A DNA stretch of 63,764 nt, filler included, from Octopus bimaculoides (Eukaryota): assembly GCF_001194135.2 (NCBI RefSeq). It is 5 parts of 5 records of this genome, joined end to end, with 100 filler letters (N's around TTAATTAATTAA, not from the genome) between each part and the next. Parts side by side here need not be neighbours in the genome. Positions count along the whole stretch, not along the records: positions 21,734 to 43,678 come from NC_068991.1; 4 more parts are not named here. The stretch is one strand, 5' to 3'. The notes under the pieces are model-generated. The model searched no databases. It had not been told where the DNA came from and saw only the letters and a list, made by a program, of their open reading frames with translations. Positions 26,316 through 37,692 of the stretch are shown piece after piece; the first letter of the stretch is position 1, and each line of letters opens with the position of its first letter. Made by a program: the position numbers and the translations under genes.

Positions 26316-26665
26316 GTGATGGGTGTTATTTGAGTGATGTGTGGTTTATTTGAGTGCAGCTGGTTTGAGAACAGTGTATGTTATTTGAATGTAGGTTTAT
26401 GAGTGCAGTATTGATAATTTGAGTGTGGCTTAGTTTATCTGAGTGCAGTGTATGTTATTTGAGTGTGATGCGTGTTATTTGAGTGAAGAGTGGTTTATTT
26501 GAGTGAAATGTGGTTTATTTGAGTGCAAATGATTTGAGAGCTGTGTATGTTATTTGAATGTAGGTTTATGAGTGCAGTGTTGATAATTTGAATTTAGTAT
26601 TGTGTATCTGAGTGCAGTGTATGTTATTTGAGTGAAGTGTAGTTTAATTCAGTATAGTGTAGTTT
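26309..26665 (+). repeat. About 20-bp minisatellite (tttgagtgcagtgtatgtta) with higher-order structure
   Basis: About 19 monomers beginning tttgag/tttgaa/tctgag. The order of variant monomers repeats once. Confidence 0.85.
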
Positions 26666-27150
26666 AGATTATTTGCGCGGTGTTACGTTCCTGTCATTAC
26701 AACCTCATAACATTACCTAAATATATAATATTTCTTCACGCCCAGAGGCTGAAGTTACTTGCAGCGTATTTAGTGGTCTTTGAAAGAGCAATTTCTCTGA
26801 TTGAAATGTTATATCTAAATTGTTAATCATTATCAGCAATGAACGAATTACAATGATTAGGGCTCTAATATAGACTGTGGTGGCTTTTGTGTCGATGTCT
26901 ACTTGTATATCAACGACGAAGAGGAAGAATTTGTTCCTGACTTTTAACTCGTAGCTCAATATTTAAGAACCAGATATCAAGTTAACGATTGCTTCAGGTC
27001 ATGTAATTACTTATATGCCATCATTGCTGATCGAATAACATGGCTAATCAGCAGATTTTTTTTTGTTTTTGTCCATTTACTTCATACATGTAAACGCTAC
27101 ACGAAGCTACGTTTGGGATGTGAATGTTTCCATACAACTTCGTATGTGTA

Positions 27151-27231
27151 GAGAAATTTGCCGAGAGAAATTTGCCGAGAGAAATTTGCCGAGAGAAATT
27201 TGCCGAGAGAAATTTGCCGAGAGAAATTTGC
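27151..27231 (+). repeat. 14-bp tandem repeat (gagaaatttgccga) x5 plus partial
   Basis: Read directly from the sequence. Confidence 0.95.
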
Positions 27232-27715
27232 GAAGACATTTTCAGCGGTGTGTTTTTATCTTTCTGTTTTTTGCTTTTTCTATTGATTGAACTGAGGCCA
27301 TGCTGGAGCACCGCCTTGAAGGGTTTTAGCCGAGCAAATCAACCCCAGTTGCTAAGCTGCGGNNNNNNNNNNNNNNNNNNNNNNNNNNNNNNNNNNNNNN
27401 NNNNNNNNNNNNNNNNNNNNNNNNNNNNNNNNNNNNNNNNNNNNNNNNNNNNNNNNNNNNNNNNNNNNNNNNNNNNNNNNNNNGATATTACAATGATATA
27501 TTCATATATTAATATAATTTTGTCTGTCTTTACGTTCTGAGTTCAAATTCCGCCGAGGTCGACTTTGCTTTTCATCCTTTCGGGGGTCGATATATTAAGT
27601 ATCAGCTGCATACTGGAGTCGATCTAATTTAACCAATAAGGTCTTGATTCTCTTCAGAAGCATCTACCAACAACTCTCCTGATTGAAGCTATAAAAGCAC
27701 TTCAAGTACGATTAA

Positions 27716-28033
27716 CCCATAAAGCGTGATGGGCCATGATCTTGGCCGTCAGGCACAGGTCGACAGGCCACGATCGTGGCCCAGATAGATGCATTTAATT
27801 TATAGGCGTTTGTTGGGGTCTAATGTCACTCAAACGCTCCGATACCCACCAGAATACAAGAGGATTGATAGTTCAACTAATGACTTTTCAGATGATGTAA
27901 AACTTGCCACCATTATATACTAAGAAAATATTTAAACTATTTTTTGTTTTTTATGTGTGCATGGTAGTCTCATTTTCATAAAATGTGCTCAGCAGTCCAT
28001 GCTATGTAAGTGCAAATCCCAGCGCTTTATGGG
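27716..28033. mobile_element. piggyBac-type MITE (318 bp) with TTAA TSD
   Basis: TTAA|CCCATAAAGCG (27712-27726) ... CGCTTTATGGG|TTAA (28023-28037). It has a perfect 11-bp TIR with a CCC/GGG terminus and no ORF. Confidence 0.85.
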
Positions 28034-28529
28034 TTAAGCGTGTTTATTGCTATTCTCACTTCTAAGTTAGCGCAGACCGAGCAAACCTATACGAAAATAA
28101 TTGCAAATGCAAATGTGGCCATCATATTTTATTTAAAGACGATTGGTTGAAATTTGAGGCCGAACAGTATTTGCTGCCCATCAAGTGACCCCGTATAGAG
28201 CAGCATTCCATATAAGCTGTTGATTTCAAGTTTCTATACTTGGTGGTTGTCATAACTATACGTTAGAGTCAACAGGTAGACAAACAAAACTTTTATCTAT
28301 AAATTTTGGATAGTAGTATCTTGTCAGGTTCAGTAGACAGGAATATATCGATAAATTATTGAGTGGAATTTGTTATGAAACTGAAAATGTTTTTGAATGA
28401 TATTATGCAGTGTTGAGAATGTGAGAAGTGACTTATGAAGCGACAGGTTTTGAGTTATGAAGCGATATTGTGTTTGGAGTTCTATATATCAACATTGGAT
28501 AAGCTGTTCAATCAATACAGTTATCTATT

Positions 28530-28800
28530 GGCACAGGCGTGGCTGTATAGTAAGAGGGTTGCTTCCCAACCACATGATTGCAGGTTCAGTCCCACTGCGT
28601 GTTACCTTAAGCAAACTGTCATCTTCTATATCCCCGGGCCGACCAAATCCTTGTGAGTGGATTTGGTGCACGGTAACTGAAAGAAGCCTATCGTATGTTG
28701 TGTGTGTGTGTATCATTGCGTTTCTCTCCCAACACCACTTGTCAATCGGTATTGGTTTGTTTACGTCCCTGTATCTTAATGGTTCGCAAAAAGAGATCAA
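28530..28800 (+). mobile_element. SINE family B
   Basis: ggcacaggcgtggctgtatagtaagaggg...caggttcagtcccactgcgtg...ttgtgagtggatttgg. Confidence 0.78.
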
Positions 28801-28874
28801 TCGGTTTAAAACAATATATGAAGCGGGGTCGATAATAATATTAATAATAATATTATTAATGATTATAATAATAA

Positions 28875-29300
28875 TTCTTTCGACTGGAAGCACAAGGCCT
28901 CAAATTTGGGGGAAGGGATTAAGTCGATTACATCGACCCCAGTGCGTAACTGGTACTTATTTAATCGACCTGGAAAGGATGAAAGGTAAAGTCGACCTCG
29001 GCGGAATTTGAACTCAGAACGTAAAGACGGACGAAATACCGCTAAGCATTTCGTCCGGCGTGCTAACGTTTTTGCCAGCTCACCACCTTGATTTCAAATT
29101 TTGGCACAAGGCCCGCAACTTCGGAGGGAGTGGGTAAGTCGATTACATCGACCCCAGTACTCAACTGGTACTTATTTTATCGACCCCGAAATGAGGAAAG
29201 GTAAAGTTGACCTCGGGGGAATTTGAACTCAGATCGGAAAACCGGAAGTTATGCCGCTAAGTATTTTGTAGGGCGTGCTAACGTTTTGTGCCATTTCTCT
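28875..29300 (-). mobile_element. Two tandem SINE family A copies
   Basis: Both contain gtcgattacatcgaccccag...gacctcgg..gaatttgaactcaga. Confidence 0.8.
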
Positions 29301-30225
29301 GTCTTAATCCTCCATATAATAACCTGAACTTATTTATTTAATTACTATTTCTGCTACAGTTATAACGTGATTTTCGAAAAACATTCTTTAAAATTCCTTG
29401 CAAGATCAGAAATTTTTACTCGCAAAATTTTCTTTAAGATTCTTCATAGAATCTTCAAGAATCTTCGTCGCCAAGTTTTTGTCCAAATTATTATTTTTTT
29501 TTTTTTTTTTTTTTTTTTTNNNNNNNNNNNNNNNNNNNNNNNNNNNNNNNNNNNNNNNNNNNNNNNNNATTTTTTTTTTTTTTTTGTTATTTCTTAGCTT
29601 TTTTACTGAAGAATTTTACTTGCTTCTTCGCTTTTTTTTACCGAAGCATTTTAATCGCTTCTGTTTTTCAAACCAATCTCAACTTTGTTGTCACTTTTCG
29701 GTTGTGATCGCAATGCAATCCGAAATGTAAGACAAAACACTTGAAAATTCTACAATGTCTGCCAAAAACGTACAATATCATAAAGATTTCTACCATACAT
29801 GCACAAGGCCTGCCACAAGTTAATGGGCAGGCACTTCTCCAATTAAATCGAATACTTGGCTATCGACGTTGGAATCTAAACCAAAGTTGACCTCGCTTAG
29901 ATTTGGGGTCAGACCGTAAAGAGACACAACAAATAACACACAGAAGTTTATCCGCCGTTTTAAGGATTCTGGCAAATAATAAGAATGGAGAAATAAGCTT
30001 CAATAATTAGCAGAGGGAGGGCATTGTACAGAATTTTCAGTAAAAAACGCAAGATATTTGTGAAAATAATCATCTTACACAGGCAAACGCACAAACAAAA
30101 TATTGTAATAGGAAAATAATTGGAATAGAAAATCTACATACGTTTTGCTGTCTAAATTCCTGCTAATCACATATACTCTTATGTAAAGATGTGGCAAAGA
30201 TGGGCGTTTCTAGTAGATGTAAATA

Positions 30226-30547
30226 GAGGCGCGTGGTTTAGTGGTTAGGGTAATTCGGTCACTATCGTGAGGTCATGAGTTCGATTCCTGCTGAAGCGTT
30301 GTATTCTTGAGCAAGATACTTTATTTCACTTAGCTCCAGCTCACTCAGCTGGCAAAACTAAGTTGTACCTGTAATTCAAGAGGGCCAGCCTTGTCACACT
30401 CTGTGTCACACTGAATCTCCCCGAGAACTACGCTAAGCGTGAGCGTGTCTGTGGAGTGCTCAGCCACTTGCACGTTTATTTCACGAGCAGGCGTTTCTGT
30501 TGATCGAATCAACTGGAACACTCATCGTCGTAACCGACGGAGAACCA
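30226..30547 (+). mobile_element. SINE family C, full length
   Basis: gaggcgcgtggtttagtggttaggg...gagttcgattcctg...ttcttgagcaagatactttatttcac...gtcgtaaccgacggag. Confidence 0.82.
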
Positions 30548-30756
30548 GACTTTATAAAGAGACATTGCCAACCGCACTGGCATATGCCTGCACTCCATCG
30601 CAAAAGTTTTCATAACAAAGAAAAAATACGAAGCCATAACATTCTACGCCATATTCATTGCAATCCACGAGGACATTACGAGACAGCGTGGCGAGTCGCG
30701 AGTGGCATGGCTGGGATATTTAATTTTACAATGTTTTATCTTTTATCTTTTATTTA

Positions 30757-30978
30757 TTACTTGTTTCAGCCATAGGACTGTAGCCAGGCTGCAGCACCAC
30801 TTTGAAGGGGTTCCATTGAACAGATCGACCCCAGTAATATTTTTACCTTTTTTTCTTTTCTTAAATCTAGTACTTATTGTGTCGGGTCCTTTCGCCAAGT
30901 CGCTAAACTACGGGGGCGTAAATAAACCAACACCGGTTGTTAAGTGATTCGGGGTAAAGACAAACACAAACACGCACT

Positions 30979-31051
<73 letters not shown>

Positions 31052-31210
31052 GTAGATAGATAACAGGCTTCCACGCAGTCTCTGTCAACTAAATTCACTC
31101 CAGTCATTGGTAGGCCTGAGGTTATGGCAGACGACACTTGACCAAATTGCCGCAGAGTGGGACTGAACCTAAAACCATACGGTTGCTAAGCGAGATTCTT
31201 CAACACACGA
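30757..31210 (-). mobile_element. SINE family B with internal (GATA)n
   Basis: ttacttgtttcagccat...gggactgaacctaaaaccatacggttgctaag. Confidence 0.75.
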
Positions 31211-31589
31211 CCATTCCAGATTCTTCTGTCAACTTTTGCTCTATTTGAGATCCTCCCTGAAAAAAAAAAACATCTGAATTGAAACCTTCATACCTTCATT
31301 CTTTCTTCGCCCCTTCGGTTAATAATTCTTTCCTTTTTATCTCCCATTCAATCATTTTGGAGACTATTCAGGTTTCATTTGTCTCTTCTAGTCTTTTGCT
31401 TATCTTTATATACAATCTAATGATTATCGATAAAAATTCAATATTTCTTACAGAAATAACAATGCCATAACATTCTGTCTTAACTACAGACGACCTTGTT
31501 TTTAGCCCTAGGACACGTGAAGCTGGTTATCAGCTTTCTATGTCGTAAAAGTGACCGAAATCATAACATTCCCACTGAACCGGACGCCA

Positions 31590-31808
31590 GACCGTTGCAG
31601 GGTTGAAGGTTAGCAATTCTGAGGGTAGAAAGGCACAGTCGATTACATAAGCCCTAGTATTTGATTGGTACTTTATTTTATCGACCCTGAAAGGACGAAA
31701 GGAAAAGTTGTCCTCATCGGGATTTGAACTCAGGACGTAAAGGGCGAAATGAATGCTGCTACGCATTTTTGTCCGACGTGTTGACGACTCTGCCACCTCG
31801 CCGCCTTA
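31590..31808 (-). mobile_element. SINE family A
   Basis: gtcgattacataagccc...ggatttgaactcagg...ccacctcgccgcctta. Confidence 0.7.
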
Positions 31809-32853
31809 GAGATGACCAACATATCACACATTTTCAGAACAAAGTTTTCGAGTTTTATTTGCAGTTAAATATCAAACTATATTCCGTTGCCTTCAGAAAG
31901 TTACAGATATTTACTATATTTGCGTATGTCTGTGTGTATGCGTGTATCACACGTATAGGCGTATAAGTCATACACACATATACACGCATACATAGAAGGA
32001 CGTAGACACTCCTACACATAAATAAATAACTTTTTCTCACCTTCTAAAGTCAGACTAAATGATATTGATATCAAACAAGAGATAAAACACGGATAGAAAT
32101 GCAAATAGTTCCAGGTGCCCAAGGATACAGTTTGATTGTAACTATACACAATCTTTCTGTCATAATATACTTTGCTTCATAAATCGTGCGTCATTCGGTA
32201 ACAGATGATACATGTTTCAGCGATATAATCTGTATATTTCGATATAAAACTTGTAATATTTTACCACAAATACCAACATATAAAATTCTTCTGTCATAAC
32301 ATCACACATTTTCAATATCTGTGAACAAGTGACTGTCATAAAAGCGAATCCAATTTCCTGAAAAGCGACATACTCTTTCATCCTAACCTAACCAGTTTCT
32401 GGCGCCTCAATATTTGCTTAAGGTATGTCATACAACATTTTGGCAACAACGAATCTATCGTATTGTCAACTAATAAAAATTCAATATTTGTATCCATAAC
32501 AAAGTGTTGATTGATTAAGAAGTATGTATGCTTTTTTTTTTTTTTTTTGACGGATTTACCCGAATATTAGCAAAAATAAACTTATGTAAGGTCAGCAGGG
32601 TGCTACACTAGATCCAATGCTTTTTATCGTACACGTACACGCCGTACGAAAACATTATTTTTAAGTACGAACACTTTAAAATTAGAGGTCTTGTATTATA
32701 AAACCAGAGGCGATCTCAGACAGGTTAATATCCAATATCTGCCACCTTGCTGCCTTAGAGATGACTAATATATCACACAATAGATCAGAACAAAATTGTA
32801 TTCGTTTATTTTTGATACAATATCTCATAACAGTTTGAGAATCATGAGTTATT

Positions 32854-32894
<41 letters not shown>

Positions 32895-33013
32895 TCGCTA
32901 ATAATTAATTTTTAATAAGCCTGCTGGCTATTTGCGACATTGGTGTCTGAGAAGATACTGACATTCTGTATATCGTAGCAGCGGGATTTAACTGACATCC
33001 GGTGACCGAACGC

Positions 33014-33059
33014 CTCCCACTGATGATTTTCATGAGAATGAAATCACGTGATATGGGGG
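33014..33059 (+). ncRNA. Minimal type-I hammerhead ribozyme motif
   Basis: ctccca-CTGATGA-t-t ttc atga gaa t-GAA-ATCACGTGAT-A-tggggg. Stem I has 6 bp, stem III is a perfect palindrome, the triplet is AUA, and stem II is weak (U-U at 10.1/11.1). Confidence 0.62.
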
Positions 33060-33592
33060 TCCTGGCGCCCATGACAGACGATTCTCCTTTGCTGCGATTT
33101 ATGTGTGTCTTTATGCAGGATCTCTTAAGGCTAATAACGCAGTATTAGGTGTTCTTACAAGACATCTATGTTAAGTGGGATATATAGATTATCACGTGTG
33201 TGTGTGTGTGTGTGTGTGTGTGCATTTATATGAGAGAGAGAGATGTTTATTCCAGAGACTGCTTTAATAGAGGTAAGCATAAAATCTAGAAAAACATTCT
33301 AAAGGTCACAAGGTTTGTTGTGAGACGAAAGTCTGTAACATCGACATTTCTACTCAAGTCAGTAGTTGGTGTGAATATCCCTATTTGTTATGGCAATATA
33401 CAGGATGATAAATCGTTATACGAATGGTGAAGAGCGAAACACAAATCGTTGGCTTGCATTTTTCTTCTCAATACGTTCCGGCAGATTCGAACGTGGATAT
33501 ATGAATCGCTCTTGTGTTTCGTCATCGAAGAAAAACTTCTCCTTTCAAGCGAATGTCTGTTCATAATACACTCAATTCATTAGCATAAAGAA

Positions 33593-33642
33593 ACATTGGA
33601 ACACCTGATGTTTCGACATCATTATATCTCGTCAGCTAAAGT
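33593..33642 (-). ncRNA. Type-I hammerhead ribozyme motif, left arm of palindrome
   Basis: Minus strand: actttag-CTGACGA-GATAT aatg ATGTC-GAA-ACAT cag GTGT-T-ccaatgt. Core is intact, stem II has 5 bp, the triplet is GUU, and stem I has two mismatches. Confidence 0.68.
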
Positions 33643-33825
33643 CATCTCGGATTAATGAATCCGACGAGAGTTTGTGGCCCTTGTTTATAATTTCAACACA
33701 GAAATTATTTAGCAAGTGACGATTTATCATTGGTTAGTAGATATCAACACCCATCAGGAAATAATTCGTCTGCTAATGTTATTAACAGGAGCCACGATCT
33801 CACGTTAGATTCATTAATTCAGGGT

Positions 33826-33879
33826 ACTTTTGGCTGACGAGACATAATGGCATTGAAACAACAACGGGTGTCCCAAAGT
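33826..33879 (+). ncRNA. Type-I hammerhead ribozyme motif, right arm of palindrome
   Basis: acttttgg-CTGACGA-gacataatggcatt-GAA-ACA acaacggg TGT-C-ccaaagt. Core is intact, the triplet is GUC, stem I is well paired and stem II is decayed. It is a clear homologue of the 33593-33642 copy. Confidence 0.65.
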
Positions 33880-34218
33880 CCCCTTATGCTAACGAATCGA
33901 TTGTGTTATGAACAGACATTTTCCTGAAAGGAAAAGTTGTTCTCAACGATTAGCATATTCAAGTTCGAATGCGCTGAAACATATTAAGAATGAGTGTATA
34001 AATTCACGTGATGTATGTGTTAAATATGCCAAAATTATGTTTTTTTTTTAATATCCGCACCGCACCATCTGAGTGCCATTATTCTACGAGGTCACTCGGC
34101 GTGCTAGAAATAGCAGTCAAATCTCTCAGAAAATTAAAATGAAAAAACAAAACGCTGAAGTGTTTATTTCTCTACTGATACTAGCTGATCGATCGGTCAC
34201 ATAAAAGAACATTCTTCT

Positions 34219-34450
34219 GTGATGCAGAAGATGTGTGGTCTGATGGCTAGGGTTTTGACCTCCTTATCGCAAGATCGTGGTATCGATACTCGGACCAGGC
34301 AGTACGTGACGCTCTAGCGCAAAATACTTCATTTAACATTCCTTCAGTGGCGTCCTGTTGAGGTGGGGCAGGGGCACTGTTGTAACCCCGGTCACTTATA
34401 TACCATGGAAACCTAGCAACCGGCCCTATTTGTCCCGGGACTCAAGACAG
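34219..34450 (+). mobile_element. Diverged tRNA-derived SINE (family C-related head)
   Basis: tgtggtctgatggctagggttttgac...gtggtatcgatactcggacc...gcaaaatacttcattt. Confidence 0.55.
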
Positions 34451-34774
34451 CAATTTGCACACTCTATGCGTGTGTGTGATGCACGTTGGCATTACATAAG
34501 CTAAACGAGATAAATAGTTCTGTTTGAGAGATGTGTGCTTTTCTAACAAGATAAAGATTATCTATACACATAAATATTCGAATCATTATTACCATAATAG
34601 AAGTAATATGATAAATATTTTCTCTCGTAATCTGGAGATGTATAGCACAGTTTCTACTTTTGCACGGAGATACGTTTCCTAATAATCAATAATTCATATT
34701 GCTCTTATAAAACATTGTGGCTGCTTATCTGTCAATATATTCATATATATGCGCGGGTAATACAATACGTGTGC

Positions 34775-34877
<103 letters not shown>

Positions 34878-35199
34878 CATATATTTCTTTGACTTTTATT
34901 TAAGTTCTTCTTGAGAGAGTTCAAGCCGGTCGCTAAGAAAGCGACAAAACTTTATGTATTAAGAGAGTTCTCGATGTTTGTAAATATGTGTGGTTGGTTT
35001 GGTGAGTCGGGTCAGCTGTCGATGCACTCACACAAGTGCAAAAGTTTGTGCAGCTATTCATCGGAAGAATCTCAGACGAAGAATCTTTCGAATGTCTCAC
35101 AAATCCTTACGAATCTTCACACTGCCGCTAGAACATTGGATTTGGAGAATGCGTGTCAGTTTCCTTTGCTCTTTCTTCGAAAAACCTAAAATGTCTAGA

Positions 35200-35740
35200 T
35201 TTTGTGTAAACTTTTAGGTACATAGTCTGTTGAGGTGCAATTCCAAACGGTTGACGTAGCCAAAGAGGTCTCATCTAAGACCCTCAAAAAAACACACACT
35301 CCCGACTCCCCTCCCCAAACAAAAAAGTTATGATAAACAGCACAGACACACAGAATAAAACTCCCCAGCCCAACCCTATGGGGAAACCTTTCACCAAACC
35401 CCACCCGAAACCACACGAAAAAAGCGTCCGTATGTAGAGACAAATGTACCATTAAACGCTGTAACATGATCGCACTATGAAGCGCGTGTTTAACAAAACA
35501 GATGCACTAGTACAGGTGTTTATTGCATCTGTAATCACCTACCGCCTAACTGCTGTTCCTTGCCTCGACTCGTATCTAAACAAGTTGGAACGCCTCCTTT
35601 TCCGCTTATTGTGGAAGAGAGGAATGCCACTTGTAAGGCGCTCCGTCTGCTGCCAGGAACCGATAAAGGGTGGGTTAAGGATGCCCTGGCATATGATGCG
35701 CAAATATGCGTTGAGGCCGAGACATCTCTGGCCCAGGTGG
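35200..35740 (+). mobile_element. Tx1/L1-like LINE remnant (ORF1-like pieces fused to post-RT ORF2)
   Basis: 35477-35740 encodes LVQVFIASVITYRLTAVPC...LNKLERLLFRLLWKRGMPLVRRSVCCQEPIKGGLRMP, typical of the L1/Tx1 region after the RT. The upstream ORF1 assignment is tentative. Confidence 0.75.
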
Positions 35741-36114
35741 ACTTTGCCTTTCATCCTTTCGGGGTTGATGAATTAAGTACCGGTTGCATAAAAATTTCTG
35801 GCCTTGAGCTTAGTGTAGAAAAAGATATATTTTTTTCGTATACAAACACATATACATATATACACACACATATATATATATACATGTGCACACTTACACA
35901 TGCATATACTACAGGAAGAGATATAAGGACAGATGAACGGACGATCATCCGGGCCATGAGCGTCTACCAAATTACGAACTACATTCACAAGATTTCGTAG
36001 ACCTGAGGCTATGGTTGAATGCACCTATTTAAAGGCGATGCGCTGCAGGATAAAACACGATTTCATTTACACCACATATCTACACCTGATTTATATATAT
36101 GTTAATATATGTTA

Positions 36115-36145
<31 letters not shown>

Positions 36146-37692
36146 NNNNNNNNNNNNNNNNNNNNNNNNNNNNNNNNNNNNNNNNNNNNNNNNNNNNNNN
36201 NNNNNNNNNNNNNNNNNNNNNNNNNNNNNNNNNNNNNNNNNNNNNNNNNNNNNNNNNNNNNNNNNNNNNNNNNNNNNNNNNNNNNNNNNNNNNNNNNNNN
36301 NNNNNNNNNNNNNNNNNNNNNNNNNNNNNNNNNNNNNNNNNNNNNNNNNNNNNNNNNNNNNNNNNNNNNNNNNNNNNNNNNNNNNNNNNNNNNNNNNNNN
36401 NNNNNNNNNNNNNNNNNNNNNNNNNNNNNNNNNNNNNNNNNNNNNNNNNNNNNNNNNNNNNNNNNNNNNNNNNNNNNNNNNNNNNNNNNNNNNNNNNNNN
36501 NNNNNNNNNNNNNNNNNNNNNNNNNNNNNNNNNNNNNNNNNNNNNNNNNNNNNNNNNNNNNNNNNNNNNNNNNNNNNNNNNNNNNNNNNNNNNNNNNNNN
36601 NNNNNNNNNNNNNNNNNNNNNNNNNNNNNNNNNNNNNNNNNNNNNNNNNNNNNNNNNNNNNNNNNNNNNNNNNNNNNNNNNNNNNNNNNNNNNNNNNNNN
36701 NNNNNNNNNNNNNNNNNNNNNNNNNNNNNNNNNNNNNNNNNNNNNNNNNNNNNNNNNNNNNNNNNNNNNNNNNNNNNNNNNNNNNNCACATACACACACG
36801 ATATGATTTTAACTGTATCTCTCTTCATCTCTGTCTGTCTTTATCCACCTGTGTGAAATATCTTGATAAAGTCTCCCATTTTAATTTATTTCTCTGTTCT
36901 GTTTCCTCAGGAAATGTAAATATAATCAAAGATGTTAAAATGCTATATATCTTGAGGTTGGAAACCAATAGAATAAAAGATGTTTTGTTTTCTACAAATA
37001 ATATTTCTTCATTGGAATTTCTATCTTTCAAAAAAAAAAAGAAGAAGAATTACTCCAAACATCAGTTTGTGAAGAAAGAAAGCTTTCAAAAAGATGTTTG
37101 TGTTAGTAAATTTCTTTTTCCTTTACAAGCAGTTTGACCTTTTTTAATGAATTGAAAAAAAAAATTGTTCAAATTTTTCATTTTTCTGTTGCCCTAAATA
37201 TACTTAAAGAGTTTGTGTCTATCGATTATTAAGATTTAGGTAAAAATGGAATTAAAATATAGGCTATATTGTGTATGTCTATGAAGAGTGGCTTGAGAAT
37301 GACTCCGAAACAAAACAGTATTGTTTATCTATTATTCCGCATTCAGCAATTCTTATGCGCTACCTTCGGATTAACTAAACAAGGGAAACGCCGAGGAGGA
37401 ATCATATCTGTAGCTGTGCTGAAAGAGTCAGTAGGACTTAGTTTGGCCCTATTCTGCGCGCATATATTTCAGATTGTGTAATAATTGTCTCCGATTCGGA
37501 CACAGAGCTAATAATTTCGAAAGGAGGAGAAATAGCGCTGTATAAAATCGATCACACTACCTGAATGTTGTTTTATTTTCATCGATCAGCAGACGATACA
37601 AGAAAAAGCTTGTAACTTCACGATCGTAAAGAGCCGGAACGTAAAGAGCCAGAACGATCGGTGCAAAGCATTTTTCCGGCGTCCTAATGATT

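Larger units (their letters stand above)
33463..33991. repeat. About 530-bp imperfect palindrome (inverted arms centred near 33735)
   Basis: Perfect inverted blocks 33552-33566/33906-33920 (15 bp) and 33651-33661/33808-33818 (11 bp), with continuous weaker similarity along both arms. Confidence 0.85.

Noticed and set aside
26309-27231. CRISPR-like appearance of the short repeat arrays
   Set aside because: Eukaryotic context, contiguous monomers without unique spacers, and no cas genes.
30226-30300. tRNA-like sequences with A and B boxes (here and at other SINE heads)
   Set aside because: No complete cloverleaf, and they continue into SINE bodies, so they are SINE heads and not tRNA genes.
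37270-37330. Hammerhead-like gagt...actcc-GAAACAA...TTGT
   Set aside because: The CUGANGA core is broken and there is no stem I.
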